From: an uncultured virus (IMG/VR IMGVR_UViG_3300044637_001305)
Taxonomy: Duplodnaviria; Heunggongvirae; Uroviricota; Caudoviricetes
Length of the DNA: 20,000 bases
IMG/VR virus record: IMGVR_UViG_3300044637_001305
Strand: one strand, 5' to 3'
Part shown: one piece after another, positions 7,954 to 16,924 of the stretch
Layout of the letters: each line of letters opens with the position of its first letter
Numbering within the stretch: position 1 is the first letter of the stretch
Made by a program: the position numbers and the translations under genes
Notes under the pieces: generated by a model
Seen by the model: only the letters and a program-made list of their open reading frames with translations
The model's database searches: none
Told to the model about the DNA's origin: nothing

Positions 7954-10464
7954 ATGAAAAAGAGTTTACAAATAAGTGAGGAAGAAAAAAGAACTATTCT
8001 CATAAAATATAATTTATTAGAAGATTCTAAAAAAGAACCTAAAATAAAATCAATATCTTGTTTAAAGGATGACCCAAATGGTGCAACTGCGTCTGATTGT
8101 ACTATCGTTTATAAAAATGGTAATAAATTTGAAGGTCGTTTAAAAAATGGATTTCCTGAATTAGGTAAGTTTACATTTTCTGACGGGCACTTTTATGAAG
8201 GTTCATTTGCTGGTACTACAAGTCATAGTAAGATTCATTATTCGGGTGATGCTATGGATGCAAACCGAAGAAGGGTTGTTAACACAGAAGATTTATTGTT
8301 GTATCATGAAGAAAATTACGATCCGGAAGAGGTTATTGACCCAACAGACAATGAAGAAATAGAACAGACAAATACTGATGGTGACAAAGTAGTTTACGAC
8401 GAAAAAGAAAAAAAAGTTATTATTCCTGCAAGTATAAAATCAAAATGGAAAGGTTGTGGCACACAGGATAAAGATTTCTATTTTGATGGTACTATGGGTT
8501 CAACCGATTTAGGTTATTTGTTGGAACCACCTGAGATGGGTAACGCAAAATATGAAGGTACTTTAGAATTAGAAGAAGTCTTATTTGGTAAGACGATTAA
8601 ATTCACAGGTTGTTTTGATAAAAACAATATGATTTATGGTGAAGAGTCTGGTGGAAGAGGTAATTTTGAAGGATACTATTATACTGAAGATGTAAGTAAA
8701 AAATTTTTTAGTGGTGATGTAGGTAAAGCCAACAAATTCATGTATGGTAAATTATCTAATAACTATGACTATGAATTTTATAATGCAGTATGGGCCTACA
8801 CTGGTTTTTTTGTTAATGGTAAAATAGACGGTACCTCAACTGAAATACCTGCAGGTTTTGATGAAACTAAATTTGGATCAATATTGTTTGGTGATAATAA
8901 TCGGTATGACGGAGACTTTAAAGGGGGTAAAATAGAAGGTAAAGGTGTTTTCTATTTTTCAGACGGTATGAAACTTGAGGGTGATTTTAAAACCGAAGAG
9001 GCTGAAGAAATCACGATGAGTGTAATAACAAATGGCGGTAAATATATATCAGATATTTTTGAATATAATCGTAATTACAAAGAGTCGGAAAAAAAACCTG
9101 AAGAAGACAAAGAATTAAAAACAATAGGAGCGGTTAAAACTTCAACATTCAACGGTAAAACATTTTTCAAATTTCAAGTAAAAAATCAAAAAACTGGTAG
9201 TGATAAAGATTTTAAAAATTTATTAGGAAAAGTTTTTATAAGAATAACAAATAAATCAGATAGAAAAATATTTTTTGAAACAACTTCAGACGAGTTTGGA
9301 TCTTTTAAAATAGATAATGTTCCTTTCGGAACTTATAAGATTTTATGTGTTCTTGGTAATAAAAGAAACGGATTCTTATTTAGGAAAAAAGATTTTATAA
9401 TTGATAAGGGTAATGAAAAGGTAAGCATATTTTTAAAACCTGTAAGAAATACACTTAATTCAATTAATAATGAAATTAAGAGATACGAAAAATCAACAAA
9501 AAAGAATGCAGATGGTAAAAGAATTGATTATTCAGGAGATGAAATAATGGATTTCTTTTCAATGACAAATGACGAAATGAAAGAGTACTTAAAAAATAGT
9601 ATTAAAACAGAAACAAGTACGGGTAATTGGGTTTCTGATATGGTTGCCGGTAGGTTTGAAAAAAAATACGGAAAAGTAACAACAAAAGAGGCCTGTTTAA
9701 GGGAATTTAAAGATTATGCCGATATTATCAGAAAAATACAAAATGGTGAGATAAATTTAGAAATACTTAAAACGCCTGGAAATAATTTACAACCAACAAA
9801 AAATTATTTGAAGGACTGTCTTAAAACTTATGGTAATCAAATAACAGACAAAGAAGATGTAAAAATTGTAATGAATCCACCAGGAGAAGCATACGGTTTT
9901 GGGGTAAGATTAGAAAATAATAATAAACAAAATATTTATAAAGACATGGCACTTTCAAGAACAATTAATAAAGTAGTAACCGAACACGCAGACAAAAAAA
10001 AGTCTTTAATTCAAGAATCAAGAATTATTAATAATAGACTAAGAACAATTACTGAAAGCTTTAATTTAAATCGTAAATCGGAGAGAAGATTAGCGTTTAA
10101 CGAATTAAGAAATGAAAAAATAAAATTAATAAGTTTGGGTTACGATAGAAATATTGTAAAAGAATCGTTCATTGAGGTTATGAAAAGTTTATTTGGTAGT
10201 TCAGGTCAAGATCCTGTTAGTGACTTTAAAAAAGGATTAAGTGAAAAATTATCAACACCGATAGATTTGAAAGTGATTGCGAATGAACTTGATGCTGCGA
10301 TTATAGAAGAAGCGTTTAAAACTGAAAACCCAAAAGATTTAATATTAGAAACCATAATAGAAAAAATAAAAGAAAAGATAGATCCACAAATTGATGTTGT
10401 ATTTCAAAATATTAATAAAAAAATGGATGACTTTCGCAATGCCGTTGGCGGATTACAAGTATAA
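7954..10464 (+). CDS. MORN-repeat-containing protein with a prealbumin/CarboxypepD_reg-like beta domain and a helical C-terminal domain
   Basis: MORN-like repeats YKNGNKFEGRLKNG, FSDGHFYEGSF, FGDNNRYDGDFKGGKIEGKGVFYFSDGMKLEGDFK. TTSDEFGSFKIDNVPFGTYKI fits the CnaB/carboxypeptidase-regulatory-like signature. TATTTAT at 7942. Confidence 0.7.
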   Translation: MKKSLQISEEEKRTILIKYNLLEDSKKEPKIKSISCLKDDPNGATASDCTIVYKNGNKFEGRLKNGFPELGKFTFSDGHFYEGSFAGTTSHSKIHYSGDAMDANRRRVVNTEDLLLYHEENYDPEEVIDPTDNEEIEQTNTDGDKVVYDEKEKKVIIPASIKSKWKGCGTQDKDFYFDGTMGSTDLGYLLEPPEMGNAKYEGTLELEEVLFGKTIKFTGCFDKNNMIYGEESGGRGNFEGYYYTEDVSKKFFSGDVGKANKFMYGKLSNNYDYEFYNAVWAYTGFFVNGKIDGTSTEIPAGFDETKFGSILFGDNNRYDGDFKGGKIEGKGVFYFSDGMKLEGDFKTEEAEEITMSVITNGGKYISDIFEYNRNYKESEKKPEEDKELKTIGAVKTSTFNGKTFFKFQVKNQKTGSDKDFKNLLGKVFIRITNKSDRKIFFETTSDEFGSFKIDNVPFGTYKILCVLGNKRNGFLFRKKDFIIDKGNEKVSIFLKPVRNTLNSINNEIKRYEKSTKKNADGKRIDYSGDEIMDFFSMTNDEMKEYLKNSIKTETSTGNWVSDMVAGRFEKKYGKVTTKEACLREFKDYADIIRKIQNGEINLEILKTPGNNLQPTKNYLKDCLKTYGNQITDKEDVKIVMNPPGEAYGFGVRLENNNKQNIYKDMALSRTINKVVTEHADKKKSLIQESRIINNRLRTITESFNLNRKSERRLAFNELRNEKIKLISLGYDRNIVKESFIEVMKSLFGSSGQDPVSDFKKGLSEKLSTPIDLKVIANELDAAIIEEAFKTENPKDLILETIIEKIKEKIDPQIDVVFQNINKKMDDFRNAVGGLQV
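9946..10464 (+). CDS. Possible nested in-frame product (172 aa, MALSRTINKVVTEH...)
   Basis: TATTTATA at 9933-9940 followed by an in-frame ATG at 9946, with spacing close to that of the real gene starts at 7954, 10584 and 17856. Confidence 0.45.
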   Translation: MALSRTINKVVTEHADKKKSLIQESRIINNRLRTITESFNLNRKSERRLAFNELRNEKIKLISLGYDRNIVKESFIEVMKSLFGSSGQDPVSDFKKGLSEKLSTPIDLKVIANELDAAIIEEAFKTENPKDLILETIIEKIKEKIDPQIDVVFQNINKKMDDFRNAVGGLQV

Positions 10465-10506
10465 CGGTAGAAACTTTGGGTAGAATCTTAGTTTCATAAA
10501 CCTTAA

Positions 10507-10531
10507 AGAAAGGGAGGTGTTCTAAATCTAA
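10507..10531 (+). promoter_or_regulatory. Orphan extended Shine-Dalgarno-like element complementary to the Bacteroidota 16S rRNA 3' tail, followed by ATC-TAA
   Basis: AGAAAGGGAGGTGTTCT versus AGAAAGGAGGTGTTCC, the reverse complement of the Bacteroidota 16S end (...GGAACACCUCCUUUCU, recalled from memory). Confidence 0.5.
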
Positions 10532-10532
10532 G

Positions 10533-10564
10533 AAAGGTGTTCCGAAAGGGATACCTTTTCTTTT
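10533..10564 (+). terminator. Rho-independent terminator
   Basis: Stem AAAGGTGTTCC / GGGATACCTTT (two G-U pairs), GAAA tetraloop, then TCTTTT. Confidence 0.8.
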
Positions 10565-10583
10565 ATTAGGGTATTTATTATAT

Positions 10584-10940
10584 ATGGAATTTAATATCAG
10601 AAAAAGGGCAACGTTACCATATTTAGAAGTTGATTTGTTTAAATCAGGTAGATTAGATTATAATTTTAAAAATACTAACTTATCTGGATCAACAATTTAT
10701 TTGTATATGAAAAATGTTGAGACGGGGATATATAAAATCGCTAAAGGTGTTTGTGTGTATTCACAAGAAAATAATTCAATATATTATCAATTTACAAAAA
10801 AGAATACATCAGATATTGGTAGGTTTGAGGTTGAGTTTAGGGTGTTAAACAATCAAGGTGAAATTATTTTACCATTAACTGAAAAAATATTTGTTAATAT
10901 TTTGGAGTCTTTTTCAAATAGTGATTTTTGTTGTTCATAA
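10584..10940 (+). CDS. BppU N-terminal-like (baseplate upper / fibre attachment Ig-like) protein
   Basis: Pattern F.I...ATLP.L...LSG.TI...MK...IYYQF..NTSDIGRFEVEFRV...GE..LP; lies directly before the tail fibre. TATTTAT at 10572. Confidence 0.6.
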   Translation: MEFNIRKRATLPYLEVDLFKSGRLDYNFKNTNLSGSTIYLYMKNVETGIYKIAKGVCVYSQENNSIYYQFTKKNTSDIGRFEVEFRVLNNQGEIILPLTEKIFVNILESFSNSDFCCS

Positions 10941-10974
10941 AAATCACAAAAAACTATTTATTAAATAAAATAGA

Positions 10975-13900
10975 ATGGCTAATAAAAAAATATCGGAATT
11001 ACCATATATTAACGGTGGTGAAATATCAGGAAACACTTTGGTTCCTTTGGTTACTTATTATAGTGCCACGACAGGTGATACTGTACACACATATATAACA
11101 GACTTACAAAATTATTTAACTAGTGGAATAACAGGATTAACAGGAAGTACTCTTGTTGGTGACTTTTTACCTTTAAGTGGTGGTACAGTAAGTGGACAAA
11201 CATTTTTCACTTCTGGTGTATCAATAACTGGAGATACTCTTATTGTTGATCCATATGGAAATATTAGTGTGGACACAACAAGTAGGACATTGTATGATAG
11301 TGCAGGAAACCTTGTTGTTGATTGGATTAACTTAGAATTATTAGATTCGACAGGTGTGTCAATTAATTGGGCATCTAGAGTTTTATCAGATTTTTTTGGT
11401 GGCCCTTCTATTGAATGGCAAAATAGAAAACTTTATAAATCAGGAGGAACCTTATCTTTTGATTGGGAAAATGGAATATTGACAGGTCAAACAAATATTG
11501 AATCCTCAACAATATCAGCAACAACTTATCAGAATTTACCAATAAGTGGATTAACGGAAGGAAACAACATCAATATAAGTGGATCTAACGGTAACTATAC
11601 AATATCAGTTACAGGGTCAACATCAACCGTAAGTGGGGATTTTTTACCATTAAGTGGTGGAACAGTAACGGGTAATACAAGTTTTACTCAAAATATATCT
11701 GTAACAGGAGGAACCGGAACCAATTGGTTTAGTGGGAACACTTCTACAGATTTATTAAGAGTAACTCAAACAGGAACAGGAAATGCTTTTGTTGTTGAGG
11801 ATTCAACAAATCCCGACACAACACCGTTCATAATAAACTCAGCAGGCACAACAAATATTGGATCAACAAATGTTTATACCGACCCATCAAATTTAGCAGC
11901 AAAATTACAAGTCTCTAATGGTGTTTTTGGTGGATCATTATCTGGGTTAGTATCATCTACAACGGCCCTCATACAAGCAAACACAACTAATTCATTAGGG
12001 TTATTATCACCAAACGCGAATACCTCAACATTATACTTTGGAACTCCGTCAGATGTTTATGGGTCAATAATGCAATGGCAGTATACTAGTAAAAGACTTT
12101 ATTTTGGTACCCAATCAAGTAATGGTGAAATAAGGTTTACCACCGATAATGGTACGGAAAGAGTTATATTTGACGAAAATGGAAATGTCGGTATAGGAAC
12201 TTTAACTCCAACAGAAAGGCTTAATGTTTCGGGTAACGTATTAATAAGTGCTAATTTAACCGCAACAACAATATCGGCAACAACGTATCAGAATTTACCT
12301 ACAGCAACTTTTTCAGGAGGAACCGTTACCGGACCAACAATTTTCACAAACGGTTTAACTGCGAACACAATTTCTGCAACTACCTACCAAAACTTACCTG
12401 ATAACGTTATAGGTAAATACCTACCTTTAAGTGGTGGTACAGTAAGTGGGGCGACTAAATTTTTGAGCGGGTTAACTGCAAATACAATAAGTGCGGATAC
12501 TCTAACTGTTACCGATAACATTAGTTCAACTAATAGAACATTATATCGAGCAACCCCACTAATTGGGTTTTCAGAAAGTGTTGATTATGGAAATAGTAAA
12601 TTATGGGGTGTAAATGCCCCATCAATTGATTGGGAATTAAGACAAATTTACGATGAACAATCAACAATGGCTATTAATTATTCTGGAGTTACAAGATATT
12701 TGATAGATGATATTGGTCAAACATCTGTAGATTGGCAGGCAAGAAAATTATACACCACTATTGGTCAAGAAGTTTTTGATTGGGAAAATGGAATATTAAC
12801 AGGTCAAACAAATATTGAATCTTCAACAATATCTGCAACAACATATTTAAATTTACCAACATCTAACGTAACAGGAGATTATCTACCATTAAGTGGGGGA
12901 ACAGTAACAGGAGGAACAATTTTTAATAGTGGTGTTACGGCAAACACCCTTAATGTTACAGGATTAACACAAACAAAGGGAATAACATCAACAGGAGGAA
13001 TTACATTTAAACAAGTAACTATTAATGGCTCGTATACCGCAACTACCGATGATTATATGATTGACGTTACGGGAGGAACATTCACCGTTTCTTTACCAAC
13101 CGCAGTTGGGGTACAAGGAAGATTAATTGTTGTAAAAAATAATGGTGGTGGTGCGGTAACCGTAGATCCGTTTGGTAGTGAGACTATTGATGGTAAATCT
13201 TTTATAATTTTAGGTGAGACAAACTCAATTCAATTGGCAAGTAATGGATCCGAATGGGTTGCTTTAGGATATAATATATCAACAGTAAATTCATCGACAG
13301 GTGTATTTGAGTTTACGGGTTTATCAATTGCATCAACAACAACATTTAACGTCGCACCTGTAAAGGGGTGGATTGTGGACGACACAACGAATCCTTTAAG
13401 TCCTCAACTTTATTATGTTGATTATAGTGGTGGAACACATACCGCAACATATGTCAATACATCAACAGAGACTTGGGTATATCTTACAAGTGGTGGTACT
13501 ATTAGTCAATCAAATATTGAGTTAACTGAACAACAGAGAAGACAAAATATATTTTTAGGTAAGTTAGGACACGCAAATAAAACAAATATTATTAACGCAT
13601 TTAGTCAACCTGATTTTGTGTTATCACCATTATCTCAACTTAGGGATATGTTTACACCTATTAATCTTATAAATGGAGGGATATACGCATCCCCCAATGG
13701 TGTTAATTTAAGTTTTAATACAAGTGCCGGTTATCTTTATGGTTTAGGTATTAATTTTGCTAATGACACGTTAAATCCTAACTCATTATATGTGTCAGGA
13801 ACCACCCCTTGTACTTTTCAATATAGAACACAAACAGGCGGTACCGCATCAAATACAACATCTATTGACCCTACTAAATGGGATGTTGGTGGAGTTGTTA

Positions 13901-15561
13901 CGCTAATTTCAGGTACAAAAGCAACCAACCAAAGAATTTATTTGGTTCAAAACGGTATATTTAGAGTTCAATATGGTCAAACAGAATATAATCAGTTAAG
14001 TGCGGCAATTGAAGGTATTGCAACAGAACAATTTAACACATTTAGTAATTTTACAAATAATGGAATTTTAATTGGTGTATTATCTGTTTTGAGTACCGCA
14101 ACTGATTTAAGTGACACTTCTAAAGCACGATTCTTTTTCACATCAAAATTTGGTGAGACTGTTGGGGCTGCTGGAGGAATTTCAACAACGACACTCCAAC
14201 AAGCATATAATAATTCGGTAACTCCTGAAATAACCACTAATTCTACATTAGGTCCATTAAGTGTTAAAAATGGTGCTGGAACTGCAGATAACGTCACAAA
14301 CGTATTTGAGGGTGTAAATTCAGGAGGAACGACAACATCATATGTCCGTGCTGATGGTTTTATTAGTGGTAATTCGTTAAACGCACCTAATTTAATTATT
14401 TCAGGTGGAACACAATCAATATTTTCGGGTAATAGTTCTTCAGATTTAGTAAGAATAACACAAACAGGAGTAGGAAATGCGTTTGTGGTTGATGATTCAA
14501 CAAATCCAGACTCAACACCATTTGTTATAAATTCTGGTGGTAGTGTTTCAATAGGAACCACAAGTGTATTTTCTGTTGGTGGTGGTGCAGAAACTAAATT
14601 AAATGTATCAACAGGATCATCTGGCGTGGCAACAACAGGACTATCCGTTTCAACGCCTGTAATAATTGAGTCAACAGTTGGTACAAGTATTGGTTTATTT
14701 AATCCAGATGTTGCAAATTCACAAATGTATTTTGGTACACCATCAGATGCGTTTGGTGCTTTTTTAAGATGGGATTACACAAATAGAAATTTAATTTTAT
14801 CAACCGCAAATGGTACTGGTAAGTTAATTTTCCAAACGGCCAACGCTGTTGAAGCGGCAAGAATAGATCAAAGTGGTAATTTTGGGATTGGTCTTACAGG
14901 TGCAACACAAAAATTTGAGGTTAGTGGTAATTCTGTACTAAATGGGTCTGTAACTGCAGGAACTACAACTATAAATGGTAATTTAACGGTAACAGGTAAT
15001 ACGAATGTAAGGGCATTTACCGGAACGACGGGTTACATTTCAGGGTCAGGTCAAAATATTCTAACTGTTATTGGTTCTGGAAATTCAACAACTTCACCAT
15101 TATTTTCAGTTCAAGGATCAAACGGTGAATTATTTAGTGTTACCGATAGTTTGGTTGGTTCATTATTTAGTGTGAATGATATATCAGGATTACCGATTTT
15201 AGAGGTATTTTCTGATAATACAACATTGATAGGTTCGTATCTGGCACCATCATTAAATACAACAACAAAGGTGACTTTAACTGCCGGAACAAATACCGTT
15301 TATTCAATTCCAACAAGTGCGTACACAGGGGCATTTATTGATTATACGTTAGTTAGTACGGGAACAACGGGAGCAAGAGCGGGAAACATTATGACAATAT
15401 GGAGTGGAACAACCGCACAATACACAGAAACATCAACAAACGATATTGGTAATACCGCTGGTGTAACATTCTCAGTTGCGGTATCAGGAAACAATGCGGT
15501 TCTTAGTAGTTCGGCAACGACTACCGGATGGACATTAAAGACAATTGTGAGGAGTATATAA
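10975..15561 (+). CDS. Long tail fibre / adhesin-like structural protein
   Basis: 1528 aa, extremely T/S/G/N-rich. N-terminal KISELP motif, four (F/Y)LPLSGGTV junction motifs, four TISATTYxNLP motifs, GNVGIGT..P.E.L.VSGN motifs typical of phage fibres. TATTTAT at 10955. Confidence 0.8.
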   Translation: MANKKISELPYINGGEISGNTLVPLVTYYSATTGDTVHTYITDLQNYLTSGITGLTGSTLVGDFLPLSGGTVSGQTFFTSGVSITGDTLIVDPYGNISVDTTSRTLYDSAGNLVVDWINLELLDSTGVSINWASRVLSDFFGGPSIEWQNRKLYKSGGTLSFDWENGILTGQTNIESSTISATTYQNLPISGLTEGNNINISGSNGNYTISVTGSTSTVSGDFLPLSGGTVTGNTSFTQNISVTGGTGTNWFSGNTSTDLLRVTQTGTGNAFVVEDSTNPDTTPFIINSAGTTNIGSTNVYTDPSNLAAKLQVSNGVFGGSLSGLVSSTTALIQANTTNSLGLLSPNANTSTLYFGTPSDVYGSIMQWQYTSKRLYFGTQSSNGEIRFTTDNGTERVIFDENGNVGIGTLTPTERLNVSGNVLISANLTATTISATTYQNLPTATFSGGTVTGPTIFTNGLTANTISATTYQNLPDNVIGKYLPLSGGTVSGATKFLSGLTANTISADTLTVTDNISSTNRTLYRATPLIGFSESVDYGNSKLWGVNAPSIDWELRQIYDEQSTMAINYSGVTRYLIDDIGQTSVDWQARKLYTTIGQEVFDWENGILTGQTNIESSTISATTYLNLPTSNVTGDYLPLSGGTVTGGTIFNSGVTANTLNVTGLTQTKGITSTGGITFKQVTINGSYTATTDDYMIDVTGGTFTVSLPTAVGVQGRLIVVKNNGGGAVTVDPFGSETIDGKSFIILGETNSIQLASNGSEWVALGYNISTVNSSTGVFEFTGLSIASTTTFNVAPVKGWIVDDTTNPLSPQLYYVDYSGGTHTATYVNTSTETWVYLTSGGTISQSNIELTEQQRRQNIFLGKLGHANKTNIINAFSQPDFVLSPLSQLRDMFTPINLINGGIYASPNGVNLSFNTSAGYLYGLGINFANDTLNPNSLYVSGTTPCTFQYRTQTGGTASNTTSIDPTKWDVGGVVTLISGTKATNQRIYLVQNGIFRVQYGQTEYNQLSAAIEGIATEQFNTFSNFTNNGILIGVLSVLSTATDLSDTSKARFFFTSKFGETVGAAGGISTTTLQQAYNNSVTPEITTNSTLGPLSVKNGAGTADNVTNVFEGVNSGGTTTSYVRADGFISGNSLNAPNLIISGGTQSIFSGNSSSDLVRITQTGVGNAFVVDDSTNPDSTPFVINSGGSVSIGTTSVFSVGGGAETKLNVSTGSSGVATTGLSVSTPVIIESTVGTSIGLFNPDVANSQMYFGTPSDAFGAFLRWDYTNRNLILSTANGTGKLIFQTANAVEAARIDQSGNFGIGLTGATQKFEVSGNSVLNGSVTAGTTTINGNLTVTGNTNVRAFTGTTGYISGSGQNILTVIGSGNSTTSPLFSVQGSNGELFSVTDSLVGSLFSVNDISGLPILEVFSDNTTLIGSYLAPSLNTTTKVTLTAGTNTVYSIPTSAYTGAFIDYTLVSTGTTGARAGNIMTIWSGTTAQYTETSTNDIGNTAGVTFSVAVSGNNAVLSSSATTTGWTLKTIVRSI
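11458..11541 (+). repeat. 84-bp intragenic direct repeat, copy 1 (copy 2 at 12775-12858)
   Basis: Both copies encode FDWENGILTGQTNIESSTISATTY(Q/L)NLP; about 7 mismatches by manual comparison. Confidence 0.85.
11728..12237 (+). repeat. 170-codon duplicated fibre module, copy 1 (copy 2 at 14422-14931)
   Basis: Both run FSGN.S.DL.R.TQTG.GNAFVV.DSTNPD.TPF.INS.G ... YFGTPSD..G....W.YT ... GN.GIG......VSGN, and both are 510 nt. Confidence 0.85.
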
Positions 15562-16260
15562 ATGAGTTTCAATTATTCACCAAAAATCATTACCGACGGA
15601 CTAGTATTATATTTAGATGCGGCGAATATACGTTCATACGTTTCCGGTTCAACAACATGGAATGATATAAGTAGAGTTGGAAATAATGGTAATTTAATTA
15701 ATGGTCCTACGTTTAATTCTGCGAATGGAGGATCAATTTTATTTGATGGGTCAAATGATTTAGTTGAAATAACAAACTCAACCTCATTAACTTCTTTTAC
15801 TATATCAATGTGGTTTAAAATGACGGGCCCCGGTAGTACCGGAGGTGCTTCAAATACTATTTATAATTCTTTATTTGGGATTAATAGTGGACTTAGACGA
15901 ATACTAGTATCGACATCGGCCAATACGGGAACCGAAGGTTTAATTTTAGTACAAATGGGTGGATCAAATTATTTTAGTTCATCATCCACGGCTACAGTAA
16001 CAAATCGTTGGAATAATGTTGTTTATACTTGGCAATCAAATACTGCTATTATTTATATAAATGGAATTGCTGAAACACCTCAAACAAATAGTAGTGTTAC
16101 ATTTCCTGCCGCTAATTTATTTTTAGGTGCGTATAGTAATCCGGTGGTGGCGTATGCGATGAAAGGAAACATCGCTCAAACCTCTATATATAACAGAGTT
16201 CTTTCTGCCACACAAATTTTACAAAACTATAACACACTAAAAACAAGATTTGGATTATAA
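15562..16260 (+). CDS. LamG/concanavalin A-like lectin domain protein, paralog 1 (putative receptor-binding)
   Basis: TDGLVLYLDAAN..SY.SGSTTWND...NGPTFNSANGGSILFDGSND...FTISMWFK...IYING...IYNRVLSATQILQNY. Starts immediately after the fibre stop. Confidence 0.8.
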   Translation: MSFNYSPKIITDGLVLYLDAANIRSYVSGSTTWNDISRVGNNGNLINGPTFNSANGGSILFDGSNDLVEITNSTSLTSFTISMWFKMTGPGSTGGASNTIYNSLFGINSGLRRILVSTSANTGTEGLILVQMGGSNYFSSSSTATVTNRWNNVVYTWQSNTAIIYINGIAETPQTNSSVTFPAANLFLGAYSNPVVAYAMKGNIAQTSIYNRVLSATQILQNYNTLKTRFGL

Positions 16261-16922
16261 TGGCAGGAAATGTTGCACCAAATATGGTTACAGATGGGTT
16301 GGTCTTATATTTAGACGCAGCAAACACTAAATCATATGTTAGTGGTAGTACCAGATGGAATGACATATCAACCGGAGGTAATAATGGGTCTTTAACTAAT
16401 GGACCAACATTTAATAGTGGAAATGGTGGAAGTATTGTGTTTGATGGGACTAATGATTATGTGATAGGTAGTATACCTACAATAACTAATTGGACAATGT
16501 GTTTATGGTATCTTTCAACAGACATAATATCCCAACCAGTTTTCTATCCATTTGGAGGGACATCAGGTGGAAATGGTTTAGGATTTGGTGGAACTTTCTC
16601 AATAGATACAAACAATAGATGGTACTTTTTTGACGGTTCTGCTATCTTTAGTAATATATTAATGTCTGTAGTTATAAATAAGTGGTATAATTTAGTTGTC
16701 ACTAAAAATTCAACAACATATAATCTATACACTAATGGTCAACTATCAATGAATACAACTGGTGTGGATTTAACATACACACAATATACTTTAGGAAAAA
16801 GAGGAGATGTCTTTGGAGGATATGCTAAAGGAAATATTTCTAATGCATCTCTTTATAATCGATCACTCTCCGCATCTGAAGTCCTACAAAACTATAACGC
16901 AACTAAAGGAAGATATTTATAA
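16260..16922 (+). CDS. LamG/concanavalin A-like lectin domain protein, paralog 2
   Basis: Same N- and C-terminal signatures as paralog 1; TAATG stop/start overlap. Confidence 0.8.
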   Translation: MAGNVAPNMVTDGLVLYLDAANTKSYVSGSTRWNDISTGGNNGSLTNGPTFNSGNGGSIVFDGTNDYVIGSIPTITNWTMCLWYLSTDIISQPVFYPFGGTSGGNGLGFGGTFSIDTNNRWYFFDGSAIFSNILMSVVINKWYNLVVTKNSTTYNLYTNGQLSMNTTGVDLTYTQYTLGKRGDVFGGYAKGNISNASLYNRSLSASEVLQNYNATKGRYL

Positions 16923-16924
16923 TT

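Noticed and set aside
10921..10953. Inverted repeat GTGATTTTT...AAAAATCAC as a terminator
   Set aside because: AT-rich stem followed by an A run rather than a T run, and no A run upstream, so it fits neither strand.
16050..16063. TATTTATATAAATG inside LamG paralog 1 as an internal promoter/start
   Set aside because: Explained by the conserved IYING coding motif; the ATG is out of frame and opens only a short ORF.
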